The position numbers and the translations under genes were made by a program. The notes beneath the pieces are model-generated. The model made no database searches, was not told the DNA's origin, and was given only the letters and a program-made list of their open reading frames with translations. Below are positions 33,501 through 46,300 of a stretch of 64,000 nt of DNA, in pieces (positions within the stretch are counted from its first letter, which is position 1; every line of letters begins with the position of its first letter). Source of the stretch: Catajapyx aquilonaris (lineage: Eukaryota); assembly GCA_000934665.2 (NCBI GenBank), contig KZ538122.1, positions 62,001 to 126,000 of the forward strand, in the 5' to 3' direction.

Positions 33501-36500
33501 CCACCACATATATGCGATTTGGACAAACCGAGGCCTCCGGAATTGGAAATAAATTAATCTGGGAATTTTGTATTGCATAATGGAATCAAACTCGTCCGCG
33601 AATGAAAATTTGCGATATGATTATTTCGTGCAACATAAACCACCCCTTCTCATAATATTATTATTATTATTATTATGAGAAGGGGTGGTTTATTTTGCAC
33701 GACATAATTAATTTTAACGTAATTGCATGAAGCGTATAGCAGCGATAGTGTATTTTAAAGTATTAAATGCTGCATAATATTAGTGATTTAAAAAATTATT
33801 AAAGTAATTGAACTAGACATGCATTAATTTTTGTTTATTTAAAAAAATCATGTGAAATGAATTTGCATAATAACTACAAATCTAATATATTGCGTAAATG
33901 TCCTATATATAGGACGCTAGGCATTACTGGGTTAAAATTGCATTTGAATGTAACGTGTACAGTGTCACAATGCGGACAATTTTTGTACAAAAGGGCATAC
34001 CAGGTTTTGAGTGCCGGGTGCAATAAAACGTAAACGAAATGACTTCCATTTTCCACAGTCATAATAAGGTGACAATATAAGGCCTGGGCTGGAATCTGGC
34101 AGTCGCAAGAGAGGTCCGTTGGCCGAAATGACTCCCCAGATCCCAAAAGATAAACTTTTCAGAGTCGTCCTTTCCCAGCAGCCTCCAGGCAGAAAATGTG
34201 CTCCCTAAATTCAGGACCGGTTTTTTTTTAGTATTATTTTTTCTCTCTCCCTCAGCTCATCATCACTGGAGCTTTCGATATACTGTAGGGTGGGGAAGCC
34301 GTTTGCATTCAAAAATTGTGTGGAATATCAGCGGCAGACCGTGGACATTACGCACGATTTACTATCACTTTACATGAAATGTATATGTGGAGATTCCATG
34401 CAGGACAGGTTATTAGTCTCTTTGTTGACAGCCCTCCTATTTTCCGGCTGAATCAGGTAATTTATGGTCCGGTGAACGTGTAGATAAAATTTTTGCATTG
34501 CACACGCGTTGTTCGAAAAAAAAAGTATATAGCGGTCCATTTAGAAAGCGCGAAAAATCATCACAATGCCACCAGGGGGAGAAATGAATGGGATTTTTGC
34601 ATTTTAAAGTTCCCGAGTATACATTCGTTCATTCTTCGGTAAATCCATTACCACCGCTCCTGCATTTATTGAAGCAACTTTTGGAGGGTTGGAAAAATGA
34701 TTTATGCTGTCGCTAGAAGCGGACAAAAATGAAATATTTGTCATTTCCCAGAGACGAGCGCAGGGGACCCNNAGGGGGGGGGGGGGGGGGAGTCTTATTA
34801 GCACGAGTTTTCCACAAGTTAGGTAAAAAGAAATCGAATTGAAGTTTCGCGGATTCAGTACACATGGCGAACAAATGAAGTGAGGGCCAAGTCCAATCGA
34901 CGCCAGACAGGGAAAAGCACTCGGAAGCCTGCAAGGCATCCACTTTGACGGGAATGGCAAAAGTGGAAAAGAAAGGGGCACTGGCCTCTGATGACCCTCT
35001 GGGCAAGAATTGGTTCCTCAACTATAAGAATGACTCAGCTATGCCCCTCCCGAAAAAGAAAAAAAAAATGGACAAGGGCACCCCCATATCATCATAATCA
35101 AGGGTTCCGCTCCATATATCACGCCTAACAGTTGTTGCCCTCGACGTGACCAGCCAGCCAAAATAAGCATCGGTCATGATCCTTTTCACCTAACTGTTCT
35201 CCATTTTGCACGTACCACAGTGCGAATTGTACAGATTTCATTACGACCTGTTTGTCCGGGTTGGGCGTCCGGTCATAAAACACTAATCGGCCTCATTCGG
35301 GGGCAGATGTCAGTTCCTTATTCACACTCTTAGGGCAGGGCAAGGACCACAACAATCACGCATTGTTGAACACCCCCATTAGGAGTTCGAAGCACGTCTG
35401 AAGTTAATAGACTCCACTTGTACAGGAGTGAAGAGACAACTTCAAGAACTGATGGCAGGGATTTTGGATCAAAGTTACCAATAAACTTGGTGGAATTTAC
35501 AATTTTTACTTGGAAGTTTAGACTCCGGGGACGCTAGAAGAATTCTGAAGCATTTTCCCTGAGGCAATGTCCTATCAGATCAAACTCTTAGCTGGGAATT
35601 GACGCTAAGGTCCTTGGTCCACTTTCCAAATTTTTTTTTGGAAGAGGCTTAAGGGGTTGTCAGAGGCGATAACTCTTTCGTATAGGATATAAATAGCGGT
35701 TGCGATTTGCGGTGGCATCACATGTTCTCTAAAAGTGTGTTGCATGTTACTGAATTCGGTCGCTTTATCCCCACGCTGCTGGAAAAGGCTTGATTAGTAT
35801 GAATGGTATTAAGTGGATTAAAATGACGCGGGTGTAACAGTCAGATATTGCATGACATTTGAAAAGCTGATGCCTGCTGATTTATGTCCACCCAGTAAAT
35901 ATAGCTTGTGTCGAAAATGTGGACGTAAAGTATCGCTGAGACCGAATTTGTTAGGAGGTCCAGGCAGTAAATTCGGTTGGACATTTTTGCAATTCTTGAC
36001 ACCATCGGCCTGGTAATGCTCCCCTTCAAGCTCCTCTCTTGGCTCTGTGGGAGGCATGGAGAAATTCCAAACACACACGCCCACTAGAATTTTCATGACC
36101 ATGCTCCTGTAATGAATTTTTCATTGTTTTTGGCGATTTTTAGAATATAACGTTGCAGAGGGTTGCTGTAAAAAAACTGAGCACCGACGACGACGGTCCG
36201 GGTTCGTACACTATTTGCACACAATTAATATTTTGCTAACTAATAATTCAGTTGGGACAACCTTGTATAAATAACATGCCTAATAATTTATATGCAGCAC
36301 CTCCATGAATCATGTATAGCAACACGGTAGTTGTCCCCACATGCTGTACGTAATTTACACGCGTTGTTAATAATATGTGCCTAGCAATAAATAACTCTGT
36401 ACGTGACTGCCAATTGCGACGAATGTCGCAAAAATTATTGGGTACTCGTACTTGACCTGCTGAGAGAGCAATGTCCGCCCGTCTTTCCATCGCAGCTCAG

Positions 36501-39500
36501 AAATGCAGAAAATGAGCCCGATTACCCCCGACATGTCTCTTTTCACCCCTTTTTTCCCAGGCGACAGCGATTTGGAAATCTCTTCCCAAAAAACGAGAAA
36601 AAAAAGTCCAAAAAATTCCGGACAAGGATGAATGAACCAGGGTCAGTTTTGCGTGAAGCACGTCTGTCTGCCTCCGAGGTATCTAATCTCTTCCCAGCAT
36701 GTTTGCATTCGAATCCACCATGACAGTTATTTGGCAGGGAAGACCCCGTCCACTTCCTAATAGTATTTTTTGCACACATTTCAAGCTGCAAATTGTCCCA
36801 TACATGCGAAAAAAAGTCCACGTCTTGGCGATTTCAAACAAAAAAAAATGAGAGTTTGTGAGATGAAGTGGCATAAAATTCGGGTCACGTTTTTGAGATG
36901 GGGAGCCTTTGACCCCATCCCTCATGAACATTGCGAATGATTTATCCAGGACGCACTAGAGATGATGCGTGCGCTCTGGAATGATGTATGTGATTATGCG
37001 TTTTTTTCCATCAGGGACTTTTTTGAAAAACTCAACTTCGCTGGAAGCAGTCCAAAGTCGATTGCACGTGGAATATGAGTCCGGACTATGAATACGTAAA
37101 ATATTTTTAACGCATGTTTTAACTCGTATTTAAATATTTTGCCTGGTAATACCAGGTAGGAAATGTACAATTTCCTTCCCATCACCAAAATTACCTCTCG
37201 AAATTTAATCATAAGATTTCGCACAAATTTTAGGGTGTTGACAGAATTAATGTTTAATTGGTCCTCGCCCGCCCTGAGGCGGCCAATAAGAAGGGTCCAG
37301 AGACATGCTCGCCCCTAGCAACCTTTGCTGCAGGGTAACCGATCCATTAATTTCCAGATGAGAATTTCCACCACATCTAACGCCGAGGCGTGTCCTGGAA
37401 CTAATTCTATAACCACACACGCTTGCACTTGTTGCCCAGTTTTTTTCTCCAGTGGTAGGTACGCATGTGCACTAGAAAGTATGATCCACATTGGAATTGC
37501 GGTGCCAATTAGAGGAATGCAGGAATTTTTCATGTGATCTAGAAAGGCAATGGCTCGGTTGTTTGGTGTGAAACAACCCGTTCATGATTTTCAAAGCCGT
37601 GAAGAGGCTCTATAGAGGTGTTCTATGGACCGTGGCACAATGTGCAATCCAAACTGTGTCTGTTCCTTCCAAGCGGAACCCGCATCGTCAATTGCAAGAA
37701 AGTGTGTTGCTAGGTGCAAGAATAGCCAGAAAATCGAACCAGTTTTTTGGATAAAAAATAATGAGGCTTATAGCTGCATACGTGATGGGGGTTGAGAGCA
37801 TATATTACACACATGGGAGCAAACCCCCTCGACACTGATGGTCCTCAGACACACACAAAAAAAAGTACGGAAACCATTCGTTGACTGCAATTGTCACAAA
37901 ACCCCCGGCTCATTATCCAAACACAAACGAGCGACGTAATTGTTCAGCTGAGAGTCCAGAGGTACGTGTTTCAGGGTGCTCTGGACGTTATCTGGTTTCA
38001 AGGGGAAAGAGATATATGGGCAATGCAGATCGGAGGGAAAGTCCGTACGGTCGTGAACCGTTCTGGATGGCCTGTGCTGATCGTTCAAGGATGCGATCAA
38101 CGATTACTCTACTTTTAATTAACCTCTGTATTATATGTGGAGTGTTGCTGTAACCTGATATTACAGTACTTGGTTGATTTTTGTAGGAATTTTATAATTC
38201 AGGGGCATCAACCTAGCGGAAAAAATTTAGCGAATAAGTGGTGCAATATAATTAATTTTTAACAAAAATTGTACTTACATAGCGAATGTGAAGCACTTGA
38301 ATATTCTCATCATGTACCGCTTCGAGTTTGTGACTGTACATTTTTGAAAGCACTTACAGCGCAGTGCGTACGCCTACTGAACAGTGAATAATAAAAGTAG
38401 TGGCTTAAAATATGCGGAGTTCTGGTTAGTCCTGCTCATCTACAATTGAACGTACAACGAGGAAGTTCCAACTCGACAATGTCGAGCCCCGCCAGCTTTT
38501 CCATATGGCACTTTTTTTTCAGAAACTAAAAAAAAAGTTTGCCGGGCGGGAACTATATGAAAGTACGAACTTACACTGATATTTAGCAAACCCACATTTG
38601 TGTTGACACTACTAATTTCATCGACCATCATTTTAGCGCTAGTTTACAAAAGCCGTATGCTAATACCAGCATATAGCACATGCTTCTCCAAACAAATGAT
38701 TACCGGCTCACATGACCCTAAGCCATGGGCTAATGTTACATTTGTATGCATTAAATTATGCAAATAGCGCACACTCTGTCTCCTAAAATACGCCATAATA
38801 AATCTACAGTACTTGTTGCTAACACTTACCGGTAATTCCCAGGTAGTTTCCACCTCCGAGCCATACTGTGTGGGAGTATGTGAGTGTGTGCCAAACCGTA
38901 TATGTGTCGAGGGCGCCAGCTGGTGTGTTGCTGGACCACTCAACCGATCTTTTGCCGCCTTTGTTCTTCCCATGGACAGAAAAACCAACGACGGACCAAA
39001 AGCAAGCTTCTCTCTCCCCTTGTGCTTTCACCCCAACTGCGATTGGGGATTTGGAAACCCGGGGTGGGGGTACAGGCTGGGGGAGCCCTTGATATTCAGG
39101 AGGGTTGAGGGGGTGTGCTTTGGTGCTGGGGAAACACTCTTCGTGCCATGCGCGCGGGTTTCTGACTTTGTGTGTGGGTTGGGTTCAATCCAATGGCGGA
39201 GCGGAACCGATTTTTTTGAGGGTACAAAGTTGCGTATTAAAAAGTACGGGATATGATCAATATTTTGATAGTCTACTAAATTGTGACTAAATAATGTATG
39301 AATCTGGCCAGCCAACAATGTGATGCAAGTCGAAAATTGTGGAAATCCCGACAATATATAAGCCAGGACCTGAATTTCAGCGAAAAGGACACGGGGATGT
39401 AGTCATGTACTATGTATAAGAGTCCGACTTGATCGTTGATCCTTCACAGCCGCGTTTAATTTGCATGAGGGTTAAGTACTGACGAGTACTGAATTAATGA

Positions 39501-42500
39501 AATTTCGGCGAATGCGGGATTGACCCACGTTCAGAAGTGGTTCTAGGAACAAATTTTTGAGACCTGCTGAAGCAAACGCTTAAAATAAATTCGACGGAAC
39601 CTCTCAACCCTGACTTCAGCACATTCCCAGAACGGCTGATATCTACAGGACATCCTGCCACTAAGTATATGAGGCATTTCGGACCGTCTAGTCTCCCCGG
39701 TTGCATATTTAGTACACAATAAATACTATCGAGCTTTGCAAGTTGGTCAATGCCCCTCCCCAGCACTTACAGATCATCTGTTGGAGACGCCATCATGGAA
39801 ATGAGAATGCAAATCAAACTCAGCTGCGAGTGTGTCTGGCATAAGACCCACGTTTTCTGCCAACGGGGCGGAGGAAATGATAGGGACTAATAGTTGGCCA
39901 CACGACCCCTTTTGTCTCCTTTTATAAGTATAATCGATGTGGACCACCAATATGTGACCGTAGTTGGAGGCAAAGAGAGAAGGGGGGATCCTGCTGGATC
40001 CCTTTTATTGACTTTCTTTTATGGTCAGGAAATCGAAACGGAACGACGGAAATAAGCGGCACCTTTGTCGCTTTTTATTGAATGTCTCAGGTTACGGTCA
40101 GTGCATGCTATTTGATGATATCATCTATATTGGATCGGATTAGTTTGCAGGCAGCCACACTGGGCGCTGTAGTCCCTACAGCGCCCTCCTAGTGCCTAAT
40201 TACAAACTAACGCCCATATGTGAACTAATGGGCTTAACAAAAATTAATTATGCGCCGCAACACATGCCCACGCATAGATCGCATCCAATTTATATTCATA
40301 TCCTAGTATTAAAATACACCCCCATTTTTTGCCAACAATCGACATCCATTAACCCCCCCTGTATTATTCTAGATGATCTCATATTAGCCCAACCCCTTAT
40401 TGGAACTCCCTGATAAACCTCTGGCCACCCCTGTGGCAATGAAAACCCACCCCTTTAAGGCATGACTCATCTTCGTTGACTCAATACAACACATTTTTTT
40501 CTTCTTCTGATGCAATAATAAGCGACTGCAAATAAACAAGCTGAATTGATAGGGTTAGTCCACCATATAAAATCATCGAGTAGTAGCTACGCACTGCACG
40601 CAACGATCCCCCATTTTAGCCCTTCCCCCTTTTACGAATTAGCCGCCAAAAAATCAATATGGAGGGCCCTAGGAGAGAGAGAACTCTTCTCTTCCTCCTT
40701 TTTCAGTCATTATTCTCTACCTTGATTTTTGGGTCGTTTTTCGACTCCTTTAATTTCTCCCTAGAGTGAACCTCCCAAATGTGACAGCGTCGCATATTTT
40801 GATTAGGGGGGGACTTTGGATAGGGGGGGACTGATGAAGCTGACTCCAATGATGCCAGTATATTAACTCAATTTCCCACTGAGATCATGTCAGAAATAAT
40901 GGAGAATTTTATTGGAAAATTTTTGTGGAGTCATGGGGGGTGAGTTTACTTGGAAATGATTTTTTGAAGGAGAATGTACTTAGCCACGTGTGTTCAGAAC
41001 AGATACTAGTAGTTGAGACAGTATCGGTTTCCCACCACTTCCACATTTTTTTTTTTTTCGATATCTATTTACCCACGGAAAATACCGGGTACGGTGTTGG
41101 TGTCAGTCGACCCCGAATATTTTACAGGTCAACACTGTTCAGAACGAATACGAAGAAAAAAAACGGAGGGCATTGACTTTAATCGATATGACGATTTGGA
41201 CATTGTTGATGGCATTTATATATATATAAAAAAGGAAGTTTCACCATGATATCGGCGGGTCAATTTAGAAACCGTGTGAATTACCCCATTTGGAGGTTTC
41301 GCTGACATGGAGCTCTATTTAGATGAGATTTAGATTCTGGTTGGCTTCCGGCCAATTGTATGCTATTGGCACTGATCGATGTAGACTTCTCTTTTTTTAT
41401 TTTTCTACCATCTTTCCCAGAACGGAATCAATTTTTGACTTCTTGTGAAATAGAAAGTCTGTTCCTTCTTTTTATGCATTCCAATAACAAAAGTGCAAAT
41501 CCATCATTTCAAGTCGCACTGTTTGATCAATGCAGCAATTTTAAAACTCCTTATACCACCCACGAAGAAGCGTCGAGACGCCGTCTTAATTACAAGACGT
41601 CAACAATCGTGTCGTTTCTCCCAAAAACCTCAGCATTTCCCCCCTGCTTTTCGGGTCTGACTCCTGTTTTTGTCCATTTTCCCCAAGAACGTGATTGCCT
41701 GTGACAATCACATCTTCCCATCCCCTCCTGCATGACCAATTCTCAGAACAAGAGAAACCAATATGGCGCCACCTAACCCTTTCCCCAAAAAGCCACAGTC
41801 CATTTTTGCTCCACACTGCCAATGGAAATCGTATAGACAGTTTCCCCGCAAAATTTTTGGCACTTATCCACTGCTCCCCTCTTCTGCAGCTCCTACATTT
41901 TATCACCAGTTTCTGCCTTACAACCCCTTGGGTCGTAATCCCAACTCCAGCCTGCAGCTATAAACACGGCTTACTAGACTTATCCTAGGGCTTTGCATTG
42001 AAGTTTCATCCTGGGCCTCACTATTTTTTAGATCCTACAGTATTTTTTGGGGGGAATGGCAGACACAGGTTTTTACAGCATACAATTTCAGAAGGGTGAG
42101 ATGACATTGCGCTAGCCAATAGGAATGAGCCAGACTCTCTTAACCAATCATGAAGTGCATCGAAAAGAACCAGACCCTGGATTAGATTTGAATGGGGGGG
42201 GGGGGGGGGGNTCCCCCAATATTCCGATAGCGTTATCTTTGAAATGTCTCCGCTAATTGAATTTCTGTCGTGCTGGGACCAAAACTTAATTTCTGCTGAC
42301 AACCTAATCTTGGTCGAATTTCCGCGCCATCAGCACCGGAAATGTATCTCACCGGGGTCCTTGTATTGTCTGCAAGTCCCCGATAACGCTCATCTTTAGG
42401 GAAAATAACTGTTTACGTAACGCTTATGGGCTCATTCTGATGGGTGTCAGAAGATGGCAGCACCAAGGTTATAGACTGTACCAACCTTGTCCTATCTCGG

Positions 42501-42743
42501 ATGCTGCCATCTTCTGGCTCCTACATGTCATCAATTTCTTGATATGCCCGGTGCACACATTTATGTAAATCTGGGCCCTTAATAAATTCTTCACGCATAC
42601 TCTATTAAATTACAAAAATCCACATACCTTCTCAATAAAATTTTCACATATTCACACCGGTAATGTCCCTAGGTTCTTCGTAAGCTATTATATACTTACT
42701 CGACTGAAGATATACTGCTTCTGACACCTCTGGTCATCTTCAT
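27562..42743 (-). CDS. Uncharacterised ~741-aa acidic, Ser/Pro-rich, probably disordered protein
   Basis: Minus-strand exons 42743-42700, 33056-32855, 32626-32265, 31885-31732, 29454-28834, 28523-27713 and 27593-27562 all have GT-AG borders and matching phases (2226 nt). The first exon, the 28523 acceptor and the last exon are less certain, and further upstream exons are possible. No recognisable domain. Confidence 0.6.
33620..33708. repeat. Foldback with ~38-bp arms around a (TAT)n core
   Basis: ATAAACCACCCCTTCTCATAATA / TATTATGAGAAGGGGTGGTTTAT is perfect; outer TCGTGCAA/TTGCACGA extends the arms. Confidence 0.85.
42448..42516. repeat. Short inverted repeat, probable MITE core
   Basis: CAGAAGATGGCAGCA (42448-42462) / TGCTGCCATCTTCTG (42502-42516). 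Confidence 0.6.
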
Positions 42744-43241
42744 AGGCTGGTTCGCAGTCGTAGGCGAAAAATGGGCGAATCTCCGCCTGTAAAGGCAAGG
42801 AGGAAGATTACAGATGTATTTTAAGCTAATTATTTCACTCAAAAAATGCTCCGCCCCATCTCAAGGGCGCGTTAGTCATAGCATTTTCTCTTATTATGTA
42901 AGGTATGTGCATGCAGGGATGTAACGCGGTGAAGGCCCTAGCTTGGTTGCACATATGCTTTTTTTTTATTCGCAGCAAAAATATTGTGGTCCCGTTGAAA
43001 CGACCTTCTGTATAGAGGAATTAAGGTCAGAGATTACAGGGGTGGTGTGTAAAGAGCTGTAAGATTACCAAAGTCTCGTGCGATGTTTGTACGGATCTCC
43101 TCGGCTGATCTTAGGATGTACTAGTTTTCGATTACAATGCAAACTTTTGGGAAGCTTACAACAATGAATATGTCGATCAAGTTGCGAAACATTGTAGCTG
43201 GAGAGTGTGGATTTGGCTTCAAAATTATTTGTTAAAATTGT

Positions 43242-43330
43242 TATCATTATCTGAAAATGTGGAAGTCACTGCTCGTCAATTTCGGTCCGAAATTGACGAG
43301 CAGTGACTTCCACATTTTCAGATAATGATA
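43242..43330. repeat. Perfect palindrome, 44-bp arms with a 1-nt spacer
   Basis: 43242-43285 is the exact reverse complement of 43287-43330; imperfect pairing continues outward. Confidence 0.92.
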
Positions 43331-46300
43331 GCAATAATTGCTAACAAATAAAAAAAGCACATTTTTGGGTATTATTTCAAGTGAATATTGAACAAGCAGT
43401 CATATAATTTCGGCTCTGAAATTGCAATAATGGAATCAACTTTCACACTTAAAAATAATTACAATGTGGCGCATTATATTGCCTCCAAATACCTCCTATT
43501 AAAATTTACGACACAGGCTATGTGATACGATAATTGGTTTATCGTTTGCATTACATGATGATCTCTGCATGATTCTTTGGTCACGACTTGTCCCCTTTCC
43601 TATCACGTCACTGACCAATGGTGCCCCCTTTCACTCCCTCCATTACATAAAACAAAACTGTTGTGATTATCTCACATCATAACTTATAAATCCCTCGCAA
43701 TTCCGTTGACAGACTGCGTATGTCTCCAACTCCCCGTCACGTCCTAGCAACATGTCTCAAGTTGTCGTGTGCAACTGTGGCTTCGTCCCTCCCATACCCT
43801 CCCTATGGGATCGTCAGTGACGAAATCGAACCGCTTGAATAATTTATATACCTCTCCGGCCGTCTCTTCCTGTGGTACCACTTGACTTACACTTTGAGTG
43901 CTAACCCACGTAGGAAGGTCCGAATCGCAAAGCAGCAAGAAAGTCCTTCAGAAGATATATGGCCAGTCTGCAACATTTCCGAAATGTATGACGTACCGGT
44001 ACTGTGTACCTCACCAGATCAAACTCGACTGAGTCTAAACACACACTGGGGGACTTCTGACACAGTCTAAATTTAAGGACCTCCATTGTGGAGGAATAGT
44101 TTCAGGGGGGGAAGGAGGCACACCCCCCACTGCTCCAGACCAGGGTTGCCTTTCACCTCACATAACAATTGAAACAGTCTTGACGTAATGGGACCTTTGT
44201 ATTGTGGACCTTCTTTTTTTTCCGGGAACTTAATTGCCTGCATGTCTAATTATCCCCCCCTCGGAGTAAGGATCCTGAAGGCTTAGAGAGGTCCAGATGG
44301 ATGCTGAGATAGTGTGGTGCAGGGAATTAGTACATTGTAGAGGGAAGGCCGCCAAAGGATACATTACCATATGGTGTAACCCCGCCTTCCAAGCTGGTTC
44401 GTCTGGTTACGAGAGGTTGTATTTTTTTATTGATCAGTCGTGTCTGGTTGGACGTGATTCTAGAGCAGTTTTCATTAATGTTACTGTTTCTGCAGACTGC
44501 ATGACGCTGCTAAGCATACCATATCGGTATGTAAGTTACCGCAATTACGGCCTGTACCGTTAACGAGTAATTCGCACTGTTTATATAATAAAAAAATTCA
44601 ATTCGCTCAACAAATTTCAATTACGGTACCGTAATATCAAAGACCAAAAAACCTAATTTAGGTTAGATTGGCATGCACAGCTGATAAGAACCGCCGCTTT
44701 ATGGTACAAGCATGACCTTTGTAACTCACCGGTTCAGTGCACGTTACGCTAAATCCTTTTTTTAATAAAGACTTCATAGGACAGGACCTTCCTTTTTGCT
44801 CTTATCGCCATTAGGGCACGCGCTTTGTGATCCCGGAAATAAATTTAACAAGTTCCGCCTTCTGCATGGTAAATGTTTATACGGCGGCATCCAAGAAGCC
44901 AATTAAGACCCCGTTTCTTAAAGGCCATCCTCTGAGACTTTCTGTAATATTGGATTTTCGGAAGCTTTATTACAATTTTTGCATATTTCTGGCCTTCTTT
45001 TGTGTAAATTGTCACACTCCTGGTTTTTATTGAGCACGTTATAAATATTAAAATTGTGAGGGAAGGACGGTTGTATTCATTTTTAACTCATTGTGCTTCT
45101 TGCTCATTAAGACCTTGGTGGTCTGAATACAATACATCTTTAATACACTTCAAGTGACGTAATTACATGGAAATCACACCCTTTTTTTTGTAAATTCCAC
45201 GTACGACTTGGCCACCTGCCTACACATGTCACCTGCCCATATAACTACCAAATTGAGCCATAATATGATTCATCATATGTTCGACCTGAATAATGATTAA
45301 GCCAGACGCCACATGCATTCTTCATGTGCACATGACATATTCGGTTTCCGTATGAGTCACATCAATCACGCCAGGAGGGTGCGTCTGCTGTTTTTAGCCC
45401 TTTTTGTGCAGTTCACCGCCGATTCTTACCGACAAAGTATTTGTGGGCGACTAAAATACTTTGTACGTACAAAGGAGTCTGGAAGCGACATTGCGACATA
45501 AAAAAAATTAGGATATGAGTGGTCATCATTCTGTAGACAGGATGTGCCATGTAATTCTACACGTGAATGGAACGTTTTAATTCCACACCCTGATGTGCAA
45601 TCTCAACATGTTATTAACATGGAGTGTGCGGAGGCATATGGCGTGTTGAGAATGTCAAGTGCAGTTACGTCGTTTCTGGCAAGGTTCGTATATTATTTTA
45701 CAGATGCATCAATTTTATTAAACGATATTTCACGCCACCGTCTTGAAACACACGAGGCGTCCCTTTCAGTCCCACAAAAAAAAATCTGGAATAGAAAAAA
45801 AAGGGGGGTATGACAGGGGTAATTCGGGACAAGCGGGGACAAGCTGAAAAGAGCGTTCCCTATACCTTGTGCAAACCGAAATGAGGCGTTTCTGACACCC
45901 GAAATTAAACTTGGAAGTCATTAGGACCGCCTTATTACTTTAAAAAATCTTTTTTCAATGTCATCTCGCTATTTCCTCAATTATGTTTTCAATAGTGTTT
46001 AGCACCCTCCCAAATCATCATTAACTTGGCAATCGCACACTCCCAACCCTTTTAAGGACATTATTTCACACCATAACTCCCCTACATATATGAAAGCACA
46101 GCACTGAAAACTGCTCCCTAGGGCACCCTCTTTATTCCAAAAGCATGGGCTTGTTTTGCAACGTTAAAATCCTTTCCGTATACCATAATTAGCGGGCATT
46201 GACCCAGTGTGTGAGAAGAGCGTTGGTTGCTTCAGAGGGTTAGACTCTCTCAAAATTTTGCAGAAATTTCATGAGGTTAATGAAAGGCGGGGATCTGCAC

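Noticed and set aside
45738..45751. CCGTCTTGAAACAC identical to a conserved 28S rRNA stretch
   Set aside because: Only 14 nt and the flanks do not resemble rRNA.
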